The notes: a model not told the origin generated them from the sequence alone. A DNA stretch of 64,000 nucleotides from an uncultured cyanobacterium (GCA_963719515.1 CAVRCJ010000014.1:160001-224000), one strand, 5' to 3'. Shown: positions 29,558 to 40,538, counted from the stretch's first letter. A program made the numbers and translations.

Positions 29558-30655
29558 ATGTCAAACGATAGCCGCAAAGTCGAATCAGACTCTAACCCGA
29601 TTTTGGAAATGTTCGGTGGTGCTGCCGAAGCCCTAGGCGATGCGTCTAAGGTGGCGGCAGATTGGGCAGAGGGGGCGTCTACCCTCATGCAGGGACTTTT
29701 GGAAAAGACCACGGAAACAGCGGGGGAGTGGGCGACCGCGACCCGGAATAACCCCCTGGTGCAGTCTGTCGAGAAAGTGCCCGGCCTCAATTTGCTGCCC
29801 AAAATCCTGGGGGACGTCAGCGCAGAAGACGTCGAGAAAGAAGTCGCCGAGCTAAAGCAAAAGCATCCTAGCGATACCCCCGACGAGCTGGCCCACCGAA
29901 TTATTGTCGACACCGCAATTCAGGCCGGAACCGTTGGGCTGCTGACCAACATTGTGCCGCCGCTAGCGCTGACCCTCTTTGCCGTAGATGTCGCGGCGAT
30001 CACCAAGCTGCAAAGCGAAATGGTCTACCGGATAGCGGGGGCGTACGGCCTTCCCCTGGATAAAGCGGCCCGTCGCGGTGAGGCACTGGCTATTTTTGGG
30101 CTGTCCTTTGGCGGTTCGGGGGCACTGAAAACGGGGCTGGGGCTAGTCGAGCTGATTCCTGGAATTGGCGCTGTTGTCGGCGCGACGTCAAACGCCAGCC
30201 TCATCTACGTTTTGGGTCAGGTGGCGTCTCAATTCTACAAGGCGAAGTCAGAGGGCAAGCAGGTCAGCGCTGAAGACATTCGCCGTGATGGCGAGGCCTA
30301 CCGAAAGCAGGTCGACGTCCAGCAAACCATCATGGACCAGGTGCTGATGCATACGGTGATTGTCAGCTATCCCGACAACGCCACTTCTGAGCTGCTGCCG
30401 GTTTTAGAAAAGCTTTCCCTAGCGTCGACGGCGAGCGACCTAGAGAACCTTCCTCCCCTGATCGAACTGCTCGACCGGCTCGACCCAGACTTTGCTGAAC
30501 CCCTCACCGTCCAATGCTACAAAATTGCCCTCAGCACGGGCGATATTTCCCCCGAGGAGCAGGTCATTCTGGACAGCATCACAACTCGGTTTAATCTATC
30601 GGCTGAAGACTGTCGCCAGGCTGCTGAGACCAGCATGCCCGGTCCGCTCGCTTGA
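29558..30655 (+). CDS. EcsC/DUF697-like protein with a TerB-like C-terminal helical domain
   Basis: DVAAITKLQSEMVYRIAGAYG, IPGIGAVVGA and GDISPEEQVILDSI. Confidence 0.7.
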   Translation: MSNDSRKVESDSNPILEMFGGAAEALGDASKVAADWAEGASTLMQGLLEKTTETAGEWATATRNNPLVQSVEKVPGLNLLPKILGDVSAEDVEKEVAELKQKHPSDTPDELAHRIIVDTAIQAGTVGLLTNIVPPLALTLFAVDVAAITKLQSEMVYRIAGAYGLPLDKAARRGEALAIFGLSFGGSGALKTGLGLVELIPGIGAVVGATSNASLIYVLGQVASQFYKAKSEGKQVSAEDIRRDGEAYRKQVDVQQTIMDQVLMHTVIVSYPDNATSELLPVLEKLSLASTASDLENLPPLIELLDRLDPDFAEPLTVQCYKIALSTGDISPEEQVILDSITTRFNLSAEDCRQAAETSMPGPLA

Positions 30656-30734
30656 GCCCCGCTTGGGATAGGCGATCGCCTCTGTTCTACCCCAGCCCTT
30701 TGGTGTTTCATTTGCATATACTCGGAGACTATTT

Positions 30735-31271
30735 ATGACCTCTAGTTTAGACAAAGCAATGCCGTTTCTCGGCGACAAGGAGCAGGGGATCGTTAAGTCC
30801 TTCGTCTCCTTTGGCGTAGATGAGCAGCTAGCACTTCTGTACTTCATCTACAAAAAGATGGGAAACTCAATTACCCCGGCTGCGCCAGAAGCCGCCGACC
30901 CGGAGCTAGCGCCGCTTCTAATGGGTGACTTCTATAATCTCTCGAAGGATGACCAGCTCGCCGTTATGCGAGAAATTGCGTCGAACGCCGATACGGAATA
31001 CTCTCACGCCTACGGCGCACTGGCGGAAAACAATCAGCTGGTAGTGCTATACGCCTGGGCGAAGGGAATGGGCGACACCGTTGTCGGCATGCCTAATGAC
31101 TACAAGGCCACGGACAAGATGAATAGCCTAGTCAGTGATATTGAAGGGCTGGACTTTGAGGCGCAGATCTCTGTGCTGCGGACGGTGGCCACCAACATGG
31201 GATACAGCGCGGCTGACGCGGTGGTGACCCAGAAAAACACAACTAAAACGGATAACGTTACCAGCCTATAA
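30735..31271 (+). CDS. Helical carotenoid protein (orange carotenoid protein N-terminal-domain homolog)
   Basis: DEQLALLYFIYKKMGNSITPAAP, QLAVMR, AYGALAENNQL..LY.WAKGMG and FEAQISVLR...MG. Confidence 0.9.
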   Translation: MTSSLDKAMPFLGDKEQGIVKSFVSFGVDEQLALLYFIYKKMGNSITPAAPEAADPELAPLLMGDFYNLSKDDQLAVMREIASNADTEYSHAYGALAENNQLVVLYAWAKGMGDTVVGMPNDYKATDKMNSLVSDIEGLDFEAQISVLRTVATNMGYSAADAVVTQKNTTKTDNVTSL

Positions 31272-31439
31272 AAGGCTGAACGCCTCCAAAGCAACCGGGC
31301 GGCTGCCTTTCCTTGACCGGACCGGCAGCCGCCCGTGTGTTGGCTCCGCCGCGCATGTTGCTGGCGGCCTGCCGCGATATACGAAGCCTGTAGGCTAGGT
31401 AGTCTTAAGCTAGGCTTCCCAAAACTGAGCAGCGATCGC

Positions 31440-32954
31440 CTACGCCACCCAGCCTTTCGTCCGGTCCACGGCCTTACTCCACAGTTCGAAGTTTTCCTGC
31501 ACGGCAGCTGCCCGATCGCTAGGTTCGAAGACCCGATCAATTTTCCGCCCCTCGATCAGGCTGCGGTAGTCCTCCCAAAAGCCCACCGCCAGACCTGCGC
31601 CAAACGCTGCCCCCTGGGCGGTGGCATCTAAAATTGCCGGACGCTCCACTGGAATGCCCAGGGCATCCGCCTGAAACTGCATCAAAAAGTCGTTATTGCA
31701 GGCCCCGCCGTCTACCTTCAGCTGCTTTACCCGGGTACCTGAATCCTGATTGATGGCCTCCACCACTTCACAGGCCTGGTAGGCAATGGCCTCTAGCACC
31801 GAGCGCACCAGGTGAGCCCGGCTGGCCCCCTGGGTAAGGCCCAAAAACGCGCCCCGCGCCGACATATCCCAATGGGGAGCCCCTAGTCCGCTCAGGGCCG
31901 GGACGAAGTAGACGCCGCCGTTGTCCTCAACGCTGGCGGCTAGGCCTCCAGTTTCCGCCGCGCTGCTGATAATTTTGAGGCCGTCCCGCAGCCACTGCAC
32001 GCAGGCCCCCGCCGTGAACATGCTGCCCTCTAGGGCGTAGCCGGTCGCAAAGCCGTCGGGCTTGTTCTCGGTCCAGGCTACGGTAGACAGCAGCTTGTGG
32101 GTAGAGCGCATAATCGCGTCCCCCGTATGGGACACCAAAAACGCCCCGGTGCCGTAGGTGCATTTCAGCAGGCCGGGGCGATCGCAGCCGTGGGCGTAGA
32201 GCGCCGCCTGCTGGTCGCCGAAAATGCCTGCGATGGGGATCTCTACGCCCAGGATATCGGGGTCGGTGTGGCCAAAGACGCTGAGGCTGGGCTGTACCGA
32301 GGGCATGATCTGGGGCGGAATGCCAAACAGGTCGAGCATCTCGCGGTCCCAGGCGCGATCGCCCAGGTTCAGCAGCAGGGTCCGGCTGGCGTTGCTGTGG
32401 TCAGTGGCATGCACCTTACGGCCCGTGAGGTTCCACAGCGCCCAGGTGTCGATGGTGCCCGCCAGGACGTTGCCCCAGTCCGTCTCGGGGCGATTTTGCT
32501 TGACCCAATCAATCAGCCAGGCTAGCTTGGTCGCTGAGAAGTAGGCATCCAGCACCAGACCAGTGCGATCGTAGATCTTGTCCATATGGCCCGCCTGCTG
32601 CAGCTCTTGGCACAGGGGGGCGGTGCGGCGGTCCTGCCAAACGATGGCGGGGTGCAGGGGTTCGCCGGTGGTTTTGTCCCACAGCAGGCAGGTTTCCCGC
32701 TGCACCGTGAGCCCCACCGCAGCAATCTGGTTGGCCTCCACGCCCGCGTCTTTGACGGCGGCCTGCATCGCCCAGCGCACCGCCTGCCAAATCTCGCTGG
32801 CATTGTGCTCCACCCACCCCGGCTGCGGGTAAGACTGGGACAGCTCTTTGTAGGCCTGTCCGGCAATCTGTCCGGAGCGATCGAAGATGATGGCGCGGTT
32901 GCCGGTGGTCCCCAGATCTAGGGCCATGACGTGGGTAGTAGCGTGGTTCGTCAT
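31440..32954 (-). CDS. glpK: Glycerol kinase
   Basis: ALDLGTTG, WQDRRT, YFSATK, TDHSNASRT, GDQQAAL, KCTYGTG and VDGGA motifs. Confidence 0.97.
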   Translation of the reverse strand: MTNHATTHVMALDLGTTGNRAIIFDRSGQIAGQAYKELSQSYPQPGWVEHNASEIWQAVRWAMQAAVKDAGVEANQIAAVGLTVQRETCLLWDKTTGEPLHPAIVWQDRRTAPLCQELQQAGHMDKIYDRTGLVLDAYFSATKLAWLIDWVKQNRPETDWGNVLAGTIDTWALWNLTGRKVHATDHSNASRTLLLNLGDRAWDREMLDLFGIPPQIMPSVQPSLSVFGHTDPDILGVEIPIAGIFGDQQAALYAHGCDRPGLLKCTYGTGAFLVSHTGDAIMRSTHKLLSTVAWTENKPDGFATGYALEGSMFTAGACVQWLRDGLKIISSAAETGGLAASVEDNGGVYFVPALSGLGAPHWDMSARGAFLGLTQGASRAHLVRSVLEAIAYQACEVVEAINQDSGTRVKQLKVDGGACNNDFLMQFQADALGIPVERPAILDATAQGAAFGAGLAVGFWEDYRSLIEGRKIDRVFEPSDRAAAVQENFELWSKAVDRTKGWVA

Positions 32955-32996
32955 TTCTAAACTTGTGTTAACGGCGTTATCTTAAATTCAGGACCA

Positions 32997-35561
32997 TCAT
33001 ACCGACTCCAGCAGCACCCCCTGCATGTCCTTGAGCTCAAAGGCCCGCAGCGACTCCATTGAATCCCCCAGCTCCAGCCCCGGCGTGGTCAACGCCACCC
33101 GCCACTCGCTGAGGTTGAGCTGTAGCCAGTCCGCCAGGGTCACAGTTGTCGGCTCTCCGCCCATGTGGCACACAAAGGCCACCTGCTTGGGCAACATTAG
33201 CTCAGGCACATCACTCTCCGCCTCAGCCGCCAGCGGCTGAGTCCGCAGCCCGTAGAACACCGTCTTTTCCTCGTCGCTGATGCGATTGAAGCGATCGCTT
33301 GCCGTGAGGTTATTTCTGATCCAGGCGTTGGCTTTGCGGTACTGACGGAGCTTTAGATTGTGGGCTGTGCGCTTGGACGACAGCTTTTCCACGTGGTACG
33401 ACACCCGGCAGACGTCGTGGCCGTCTTCCATGAAGGCCATGGCGATCGCCTTCAGCTTGTCCACATCGAGGTTTTGCACCAGGGACGCTTTTTCCGCTTC
33501 GCCTAAGGTTTTGAGCGCCTCCACCTCGCAGACCTCGCCATTGTCGCTGAGGCAGGCGTTGCAAATCGCCGCCACCTCATCTAAGTCGTAGTCAGTTTTC
33601 ACCATGGCATCGGCGATCGCATGCATAAACTGCCGCAGCGGCCCCAGCTCAGTGAGGCCGAAGGCTTTGAGACGCTTGAAGGTGTCGGGGCGATCGTAGA
33701 ACTCGGAAGAAATTTGCCAGTCTAGGAAACCCACCTCTTCAGAGGCCACCTTGACGCCATACACCTCATCCGTGTTGCGGAAAAAGCCCCAAGGACTGTG
33801 CATCAAAGCGTTGAGAAAATCCATGGGCAGGCCAGGGCTGAAGCCATAAACCCACAGCTGGGTGGCCGGATTGTCGTAGGCGTTGTGCAACACCTCGGGC
33901 AGGGTGTCCCCCAAATTCCAGTTGATGGGCTGGTCGGTGATAGAGATCTGATTTCCCCGGCGTACGGTGTCGTGGTTGCCGCAGCCGGTAATCCAGCGAT
34001 CGCCCTGGAACATCACTTCAGTGACCCGTCGCCATTTGGAGTCCCAGAAGCCCTTGAGCGCGGGCGTATTGTGGGCAAAAATTAGCGGTCCCCACTGGTA
34101 GGCGTCGGGCCGCAGCTCGATCAAGTCACGGTAGGTGGAGGTCTCCTCCCACCCTTCTTCTGGCCAGGGACGCCCGTCCTCAAAAATAGTGAACAGCCGC
34201 CGCTGAGAGCCGCCAATCTCCTGGACAACGTCGCTCATGGCCAGTAGATAGGCGTCGTCCTGCTCTAGCCGCCCCGTCAGCGGGTTGAAAAAGCGAAAGT
34301 CCTGGCCGCCGTCGATGCGAATGCCGTCGACACCCGCGTCGTTTTTGCGGCGCTGCATCTCCAGCAGCAGGGCGCGCACCATGGGCAGCTGGTGGTTCAA
34401 GTCCTGCCCATACATGTTCGGGCCTTTGAGGAACTGACGGCTGATCAGCTTTATGGCCTGATTGTCGGCATGACCGTAGACCAGGTCGTAGATGAGGTGA
34501 ATAGGCCCACCGTGAAAATTGTGGAGGGTGACGATGAAGTCGATCAGTTCGTCGGGGCGCAAACTGCCCAATACGGCCGGGTTCGTAGTTGATGCTCCCA
34601 AAATAGGGACGTCGTATCCCCAGTTCTTAGTGTTAGGCTTGCGCAGCGTCACCTGAATCGGCTCCTCGACGGGGGAAGGCCCCGCCTCTAGAATCGAATT
34701 GTCTAAAACCTCAAAAAATTCGTAGCCGGGGCGGTCTTCTTCGAGTCGATACTCAATCGTCGGCTCGATAGGCAACAGCTGGATAGCGTCGTAGCCCACA
34801 TAGTTTTGCTCCTCTGGGGTGAGCGCCTCGCCCGCCTCTAGCTTTTGGGAGAGCGCCCGGTAGATTCGCGTTAGCCCCTCAATCGTGCCTTCCTTCGAGC
34901 CGGTATTGACGTGGATTTGCAGGATGTTGACCGGTTCGGGCACCCGAGGAATCGTCTCATCCGGCGCGTCTAGGGGACTACTGGCTTCAATGGGCCCCTC
35001 ATCCGTTTCCTCTGGACGATAGCCCGTCTGCTGAAAATAGGCCAGATCGCCCCGCTGCTGCTGAAGCGAGGCCATGTCGTAGACTTCTGCGGGGCCAAAC
35101 ACGCCGTAGGGCAGCGAGTAGGGCACCACATCGCGAATTAACCGGGCGCTGTCGCGAACGTTGTCTCGGTAGCGCAGCCAATAGAGAGAGCCGGCCTGAT
35201 CTCGGGTTCCTGGCTTTAAGCCAGACAGGACGCCCCACAAAAATTCGCCCTGCTGGGGCAAGGCCACGCAGTCTCTTTGAAAAGCAACCGTTTGCTCGTC
35301 GGCTCGAAACTGGATAGGCTCTAACGGCGTAAAAACTTCTAGGTAAATTTCCCGAGCGGTTTGAATGACCTCTCCCGTCAAACCGGGGGTCCAAAAGCAA
35401 ATCTCGGTCAGACCATCAGGGCGATAGTGTGCCCCTAGCCGTCTAGCAAGCTGCTGGCTAATCTGTAGGTAGGTTGCCCTTGAGTTAGCAACGCTATCCG
35501 CCCAATCGAGTAGACCCTGAGTTTCAGCTCCCACGAGCTGAATAAGTGGAGAATCGTTCAC
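32997..35561 (-). CDS. gghA: Glucosylglycerol hydrolase (Slr1670 family)
   Basis: RLGAHYRPDG, NWGYDVPI, YDLVYGHADNQ, GIRIDGGQDF, FEDGRPWP and GNHDT motifs; sits between glpK and ggpS. Confidence 0.88.
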   Translation of the reverse strand: MNDSPLIQLVGAETQGLLDWADSVANSRATYLQISQQLARRLGAHYRPDGLTEICFWTPGLTGEVIQTAREIYLEVFTPLEPIQFRADEQTVAFQRDCVALPQQGEFLWGVLSGLKPGTRDQAGSLYWLRYRDNVRDSARLIRDVVPYSLPYGVFGPAEVYDMASLQQQRGDLAYFQQTGYRPEETDEGPIEASSPLDAPDETIPRVPEPVNILQIHVNTGSKEGTIEGLTRIYRALSQKLEAGEALTPEEQNYVGYDAIQLLPIEPTIEYRLEEDRPGYEFFEVLDNSILEAGPSPVEEPIQVTLRKPNTKNWGYDVPILGASTTNPAVLGSLRPDELIDFIVTLHNFHGGPIHLIYDLVYGHADNQAIKLISRQFLKGPNMYGQDLNHQLPMVRALLLEMQRRKNDAGVDGIRIDGGQDFRFFNPLTGRLEQDDAYLLAMSDVVQEIGGSQRRLFTIFEDGRPWPEEGWEETSTYRDLIELRPDAYQWGPLIFAHNTPALKGFWDSKWRRVTEVMFQGDRWITGCGNHDTVRRGNQISITDQPINWNLGDTLPEVLHNAYDNPATQLWVYGFSPGLPMDFLNALMHSPWGFFRNTDEVYGVKVASEEVGFLDWQISSEFYDRPDTFKRLKAFGLTELGPLRQFMHAIADAMVKTDYDLDEVAAICNACLSDNGEVCEVEALKTLGEAEKASLVQNLDVDKLKAIAMAFMEDGHDVCRVSYHVEKLSSKRTAHNLKLRQYRKANAWIRNNLTASDRFNRISDEEKTVFYGLRTQPLAAEAESDVPELMLPKQVAFVCHMGGEPTTVTLADWLQLNLSEWRVALTTPGLELGDSMESLRAFELKDMQGVLLESV

Positions 35562-35776
35562 GGGTAGTTACTGTAGAAGTTAAGGTATATGAAGTCAGCA
35601 ATAGCTTAACAGGCGTATCTTGAGACTGGGGCGATCGCTACAAAACTCAATCCATATCTGACCTCCGGCCTCTAGCGAGCCGTATGCTATCAGGGCATTC
35701 GATTTGCGCCCACCGCCTTGCCGGCACCGACAGGCCTCTGAAGCTGGCGGTAAAGCCTTTGCTGCAGCAGAGAAAG

Positions 35777-35842
35777 TTGAGCTTAAATAAAGCTCAAGAG
35801 TTTTAAAAACTCAATGCGATGTTACACTACTTCGTGTAGTGT
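35777..35842. promoter_or_regulatory. Cluster of three palindromes in the gghA/ggpS divergent promoter region
   Basis: TTGAGCTT-N5-AAGCTCAA (35777-35797), GAGTTTT-A-AAAACTC (35798-35812) and ACACTAC-N5-GTAGTGT (35824-35842). Confidence 0.45.
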
Positions 35843-36195
35843 GGCGATTGAGTCAGTTTTAGCTTAGTCGAAATTTTTCTTGTAAGCCTGTACCGCTTGC
35901 AGGCAGTTTCAGTGACTATCTATTGCTAACCTTTTATTGCCAACCTTGTGTCTACAATGAGACGCTCAAAAGGCATACAAATGCTTTTCGCATTGTAGCA
36001 CTCGCGCCGGTCCCAGCCGTGTCAGACTAAATCTTAATCTGATTGAGCAGGCGCTAACTGTATGTTTTTAAGCCCGCCTGGGCTCAGGTTTTAGCTACTT
36101 TCAGCAGCGACAGCGTTAATCTTTCCTGCTGCGTCTATCTACCATCTAGACAATCTTTAGCTAGATTGTTGTGCCGTCTTTTCAAGAGGTCTTCT

Positions 36196-37725
36196 ATGAA
36201 ATCTTCCCTGGTCATTCTCTACCACCGCGAACCCTACGATGAAGTGATCGAGAATGGTAAAGCCGTTTACCGCGAGAAGAAAAGTCCGAACGGCATTGTA
36301 CCGACCTTGAAGAGCTTCTTTGCCGATGCTGACCAGAGCACCTGGGTGGCCTGGAAGCAGGTCGCCGAGGACGAGCGGGACGACTTCCAGGAGCGGATGA
36401 CTTTCGATGGCCTGGGCGATCGCGGCGTCGTGCGGCGAATTCCGCTGGCGGCGGACGAGGTGAAGAACTTCTACCACATCACTTCTAAAGAAGCGTTCTG
36501 GCCTATCTTGCACTCCTTCCCCTGGCAGTTCACCTATGACTCTTCAGACTGGGAAAATTTCCAGGAGATCAACAAGAAATTTGCGGCAGTGGCCTGTGAA
36601 GACGCTGCAGACGATGCCCTAATTTGGGTCCATGACTACAACCTGTGGCTGGCCCCTTACTACATCCGGCAGCAAAAGCCCAACGCCAATATCGCCTTTT
36701 TCCACCACACGCCTTTTCCTTCGGCGGACATCTTCAATATCTTGCCTTGGCGAGCAGAGATTGTGGACAGCCTGCTGAGCTGCGATCTGGTCGGCTTCCA
36801 CATTCCCCGCTACCTAGAAAATTTCGTCTCGGCAGCGCGGGGCATTCGGGGCGCAGAGGTGATGGAACAGCTGCCGGTAGACGAGAACGCCTTTACGCCC
36901 ACCGGCTCAGCCCTCACCGAGCCCGTGATCACCACCAAGCTCAAATACAAGGGGCAGCTTGTCAACCTCAATGCCTTCCCGGTGGGCACCGACCCCGACC
37001 ACGTCCGCACCATGGTGGCTAAGCCAGAGGTAAAAGAGCGAGCGGCTAAGATTCGTGAGGAGATTGGCGACGGTAAGCTGATCGTCTCCGCAGGCCGCGT
37101 GGACTACGTAAAGGGCACTAAAGAGCTGCTGTCCTGCTACGAGCGCCTGCTGGAGCGGCGGCCTGAGCTGCAGGGCAACGTGCATTTAGTGCTGACGGCG
37201 GCGGCGCCCAACGAAGGCATGCGGGTCTACCGCACCGCGAAGAAAGAGATTGAGCAGGGCGTCGGCAAGATCAACGGTCGGTTTGGCCAGCTCAACTGGA
37301 CCCCCGTCAAGCTGTTCACCACGCCGCTGCCGTTCAACGACCTGATGGCGGTGTATTCTTCCGCCGACATCGCCTGGATTACGCCCTTACGGGACGGTCT
37401 CAACCTGGTCGCCAAAGAATACGTGGTGGCCAATAAAGGGGAGCGGGGCATTCTGGTGCTCTCAGAATTCGCGGGCTCTGCCGTAGAGCTGCCCGACGCC
37501 ATCTTGGTAAATCCCTATGCTTCATACGAAATGGACAAAGCCATAGAGCTGGCGCTGGATATGCCTTCTGAGGAGCAGAAGCGCCGTATGGGCATTATGT
37601 ATGAATCAATTTGCCGTTACGATGTGCAACAGTGGGCCAACCACATGTTCCGCGCGGCCAAAGCGGCAGCGTCGGATCGGAGCGCAGAGACCGATAGCCA
37701 ACCAAAAGCCTCTGCGCTGGTTTAG
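36196..37725 (+). CDS. ggpS: Glucosylglycerol-phosphate synthase (GT20)
   Basis: MKSSLVILYHREPYDE...KSPNGIVPTL, WVHDYNL, FFHHTPFP, GRVDYVKG and RDGLNLVAKEY motifs. Confidence 0.95.
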   Translation: MKSSLVILYHREPYDEVIENGKAVYREKKSPNGIVPTLKSFFADADQSTWVAWKQVAEDERDDFQERMTFDGLGDRGVVRRIPLAADEVKNFYHITSKEAFWPILHSFPWQFTYDSSDWENFQEINKKFAAVACEDAADDALIWVHDYNLWLAPYYIRQQKPNANIAFFHHTPFPSADIFNILPWRAEIVDSLLSCDLVGFHIPRYLENFVSAARGIRGAEVMEQLPVDENAFTPTGSALTEPVITTKLKYKGQLVNLNAFPVGTDPDHVRTMVAKPEVKERAAKIREEIGDGKLIVSAGRVDYVKGTKELLSCYERLLERRPELQGNVHLVLTAAAPNEGMRVYRTAKKEIEQGVGKINGRFGQLNWTPVKLFTTPLPFNDLMAVYSSADIAWITPLRDGLNLVAKEYVVANKGERGILVLSEFAGSAVELPDAILVNPYASYEMDKAIELALDMPSEEQKRRMGIMYESICRYDVQQWANHMFRAAKAAASDRSAETDSQPKASALV

Positions 37726-37746
37726 GCGTTATCAACTCTATCATCT

Positions 37747-39432
37747 ATGCGAGATCTATCCAAAATTCAAGACTCCCCGTACGATTTAATTATCGTCGGG
37801 GGCGGTATTAATGGTGCGGGCGCGGCCCGTGATGCTGCTTCACGGGGCCTTAAAACCCTGCTGATCGAAAGAAATGACTTTGCGAGCGGCTCCACGAGCT
37901 GGTCTACTCGTCTCATCCACGGTGGACTGCGCTACCTAGAATACTTTGAGTTCAAGCTGGTGCGCGAGTCCCTGCGGGAGCGAGAGATTCTTCTGAATAC
38001 GGCCCCTCACTTGGTGAAGCCCATCCAGATGACGATCCCCATCTACAAAGGCGGGCGACGCAGCTACTGGGAAATTCAGGCGGGAATGCTGCTGTACGAC
38101 ATGTTCAGCTTTGACAAGACCTTGCCCAACCACCGCATGCTGCCCGCGAAGAAGCTACAGCAGCTCTTTCGCTCGGTGACCTCCGATGAGGTGGCGGGGG
38201 CCGCTCAGTACTATGACTGCCAGGTGGAGTACGCCGAGCGGCTGTGTTTAGAGAACATCATCGCGGCCCAGGCCGCCGGGGCAGATGTGTTCAACTACGT
38301 GGAAGTGAGCGCGATCCGCCGCGAGGGCGACTCTGCAGGGTCAGCCGCTGACCAGCGGATCGCCCAGGTCACCTGCGTCGACCTGCCGACGGGGGAAACC
38401 TTTACCGCCAAGCTCGCCGAACAGGGCACCGTGATCAACACGGCAGGCCCCTGGGTTGACGTGGTCAACGAGCGCGGAGAGAGCCGTCCGCTGACGCCGA
38501 AGCGGCTGATGGGCGGCACCAAGGGCAGCCACATCATCGTCGAACCCTTTCCTGGCGCCCCTGCGACGGCGCTCTATGTCGAGGCGAAGAGCGACGGACG
38601 CCCCTATTTCATTGTCCCCTGGTGCGGCATGTTCCTGATCGGCACCACCGACCAGCGGTACGAGGGCAAACTGGACAACATCAAGGCCAGCGACGCCGAG
38701 GTGGATTACCTAATCAAGGAAACCAACGCCGTGCTGCCCATGGCCCAGCTCTCCCGCGATCAGGTGAGGTTTACCTACTCTGGCCTGCGGCCTCTGCCCT
38801 ACACCGAGGGCACTAAGACCAGCGGCATCACCCGCAGCCATATCCTCTACGACCACAAAGCCGACGGCATCACCAACTTGGCCTCTCTGGTGGGAGGCAA
38901 GCTCACCACCTTCCGTCAGGTCGGTGAGGAGCTGGTGGACTGGGCCTACGATAAGCGCAAGGAGGCGACGCCCACCTGCCAGACCCGCACCCAGCCCTTC
39001 CCTGGCGCTATTGGCGCTAAAGACCCTCGCATTCAGCAGGCGATCGAGGCCTATCATCCCCAGATCTCGCGGCTGTCCATCGACCACCTGTTCCAGCTCT
39101 ATGGCGCTCGGGCGGTGGATCTGCTGGCGTTAGTAGACCGGTTCCCAGAGCTGGGCGATCGCATCTTACCTAACCTGCCGGATATTAAGGCGCAGGTGGT
39201 CTACGCTGTGGAGTCAGAGATGGCCCAGACCTTAGTAGATATCTGCCGGCGGCGGACCATACTCTCCATGCACGCCAACTACGGGCTAGACCTGCTGCCG
39301 ACGATCACGGCGGTGCTCGCTGAGTACTGCGGCTGGGACAGCGCCAAGTGCGATCGTCAGGTGAAGGACTACCGGGAGTTTATGGAGAAAAACTGTCAGC
39401 CCGACTATGCCATGTCGGCGGTTGCGGTCTGA
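37747..39432 (+). CDS. glpD: FAD-dependent glycerol-3-phosphate dehydrogenase
   Basis: GGGINGAG, STRLIHGGLRYLE, KGSHI, GLRPL and GGKLTTFR motifs. Confidence 0.95.
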   Translation: MRDLSKIQDSPYDLIIVGGGINGAGAARDAASRGLKTLLIERNDFASGSTSWSTRLIHGGLRYLEYFEFKLVRESLREREILLNTAPHLVKPIQMTIPIYKGGRRSYWEIQAGMLLYDMFSFDKTLPNHRMLPAKKLQQLFRSVTSDEVAGAAQYYDCQVEYAERLCLENIIAAQAAGADVFNYVEVSAIRREGDSAGSAADQRIAQVTCVDLPTGETFTAKLAEQGTVINTAGPWVDVVNERGESRPLTPKRLMGGTKGSHIIVEPFPGAPATALYVEAKSDGRPYFIVPWCGMFLIGTTDQRYEGKLDNIKASDAEVDYLIKETNAVLPMAQLSRDQVRFTYSGLRPLPYTEGTKTSGITRSHILYDHKADGITNLASLVGGKLTTFRQVGEELVDWAYDKRKEATPTCQTRTQPFPGAIGAKDPRIQQAIEAYHPQISRLSIDHLFQLYGARAVDLLALVDRFPELGDRILPNLPDIKAQVVYAVESEMAQTLVDICRRRTILSMHANYGLDLLPTITAVLAEYCGWDSAKCDRQVKDYREFMEKNCQPDYAMSAVAV

Positions 39433-39548
39433 CTCTAGCCCGAGCGTCTGGCTCAATTAAATAAGGAGGCGTAACCCCCGCCCCTCCTGACGACGAACTT
39501 GAATAGATTATTTGGGGCGCATCGACAACCTAACAGGGTCTTATTGCT

Positions 39549-40538
39549 ATGGAAACGACAGCTACACCGACCATCCTTGCCGCCAGCGGCGAAACCCCCG
39601 TAAAGGTGCTGGCCGTCTTGGGCAGCGGCGCTTGGGGAACGGCTTTAGCGCAGCTAGCCGCTGAGTCGGGTATTACAGTGCGGGCCTGGTCTCGGCGGGG
39701 AGACCTGCCCTTAGAGGCCGCCGTAGCAGAGGCCGACGTGCTGCTGTGCGCCATCTCCATGAAAGGTGTAGCCGACCTGGCGGCGCGGCTGAGCGACATT
39801 GGCCTGCCGCCGCGCACCATCTTGGTGACGGCCACCAAGGGGCTAGACCCCGAAACCACTAAGACCCCCTCCCAGCTGTGGCAAACCGCTTTTCCCAATA
39901 ACCCCGTCGTCGTTCTCTCTGGCCCTAACCTTTCCAAAGAGATTGATCAGGGCTTGCCCGCCGCCACCGTCGTTGCCAGCCACGACCCCGCCGCCGCTGA
40001 GACCGTGCAGCAAATTTTTGCGGTGGAGCGCTTCCGCGTCTACACGAATTCCGACCCCCTGGGCACCGAGCTGGGAGGGACGCTGAAAAACGTGATGGCG
40101 ATCGCGGTGGGGGTCTGCGACGGCCTGCATCTGGGCACCAACGCCCGCTCTGCTCTAATCACCCGCGCCCTGCCGGAGGTGATTCGCGTGGGGACGCAGC
40201 TGGGAGCGCAGCCCGAAACGTTTTACGGTCTATCCGGTTTGGGCGATATGCTGGCCACCTGCACCAGCCCCCTAAGCCGCAACTACCGGGTTGGGTTTGG
40301 GCTGGCGGAGGGTAAGCCTTTAGAGCAAATTTTAGAGGAGCTGGGCAGCACGGCTGAAGGGGTGAATACGGCCCACGTGCTGGTGAAGCTGGCGAACCGG
40401 GAGGCGATTCCCATCCCTATCGCTCGCCAGGTCCACCGGCTGCTAAACGGAGCCATCACGCCGCTAGAGGCGGTTACGGCTTTGATGGAGCGGGACCTGA
40501 AGCCAGAGCAGTGCGATATTTCAGAAGATCTAGGCTAA
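39549..40538 (+). CDS. gpsA: NAD(P)H-dependent glycerol-3-phosphate dehydrogenase
   Basis: GSGAWGTALA, ATKG, SGPNLS, GGTLKNV, GLGDMLATC and SRN motifs. Confidence 0.96.
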   Translation: METTATPTILAASGETPVKVLAVLGSGAWGTALAQLAAESGITVRAWSRRGDLPLEAAVAEADVLLCAISMKGVADLAARLSDIGLPPRTILVTATKGLDPETTKTPSQLWQTAFPNNPVVVLSGPNLSKEIDQGLPAATVVASHDPAAAETVQQIFAVERFRVYTNSDPLGTELGGTLKNVMAIAVGVCDGLHLGTNARSALITRALPEVIRVGTQLGAQPETFYGLSGLGDMLATCTSPLSRNYRVGFGLAEGKPLEQILEELGSTAEGVNTAHVLVKLANREAIPIPIARQVHRLLNGAITPLEAVTALMERDLKPEQCDISEDLG

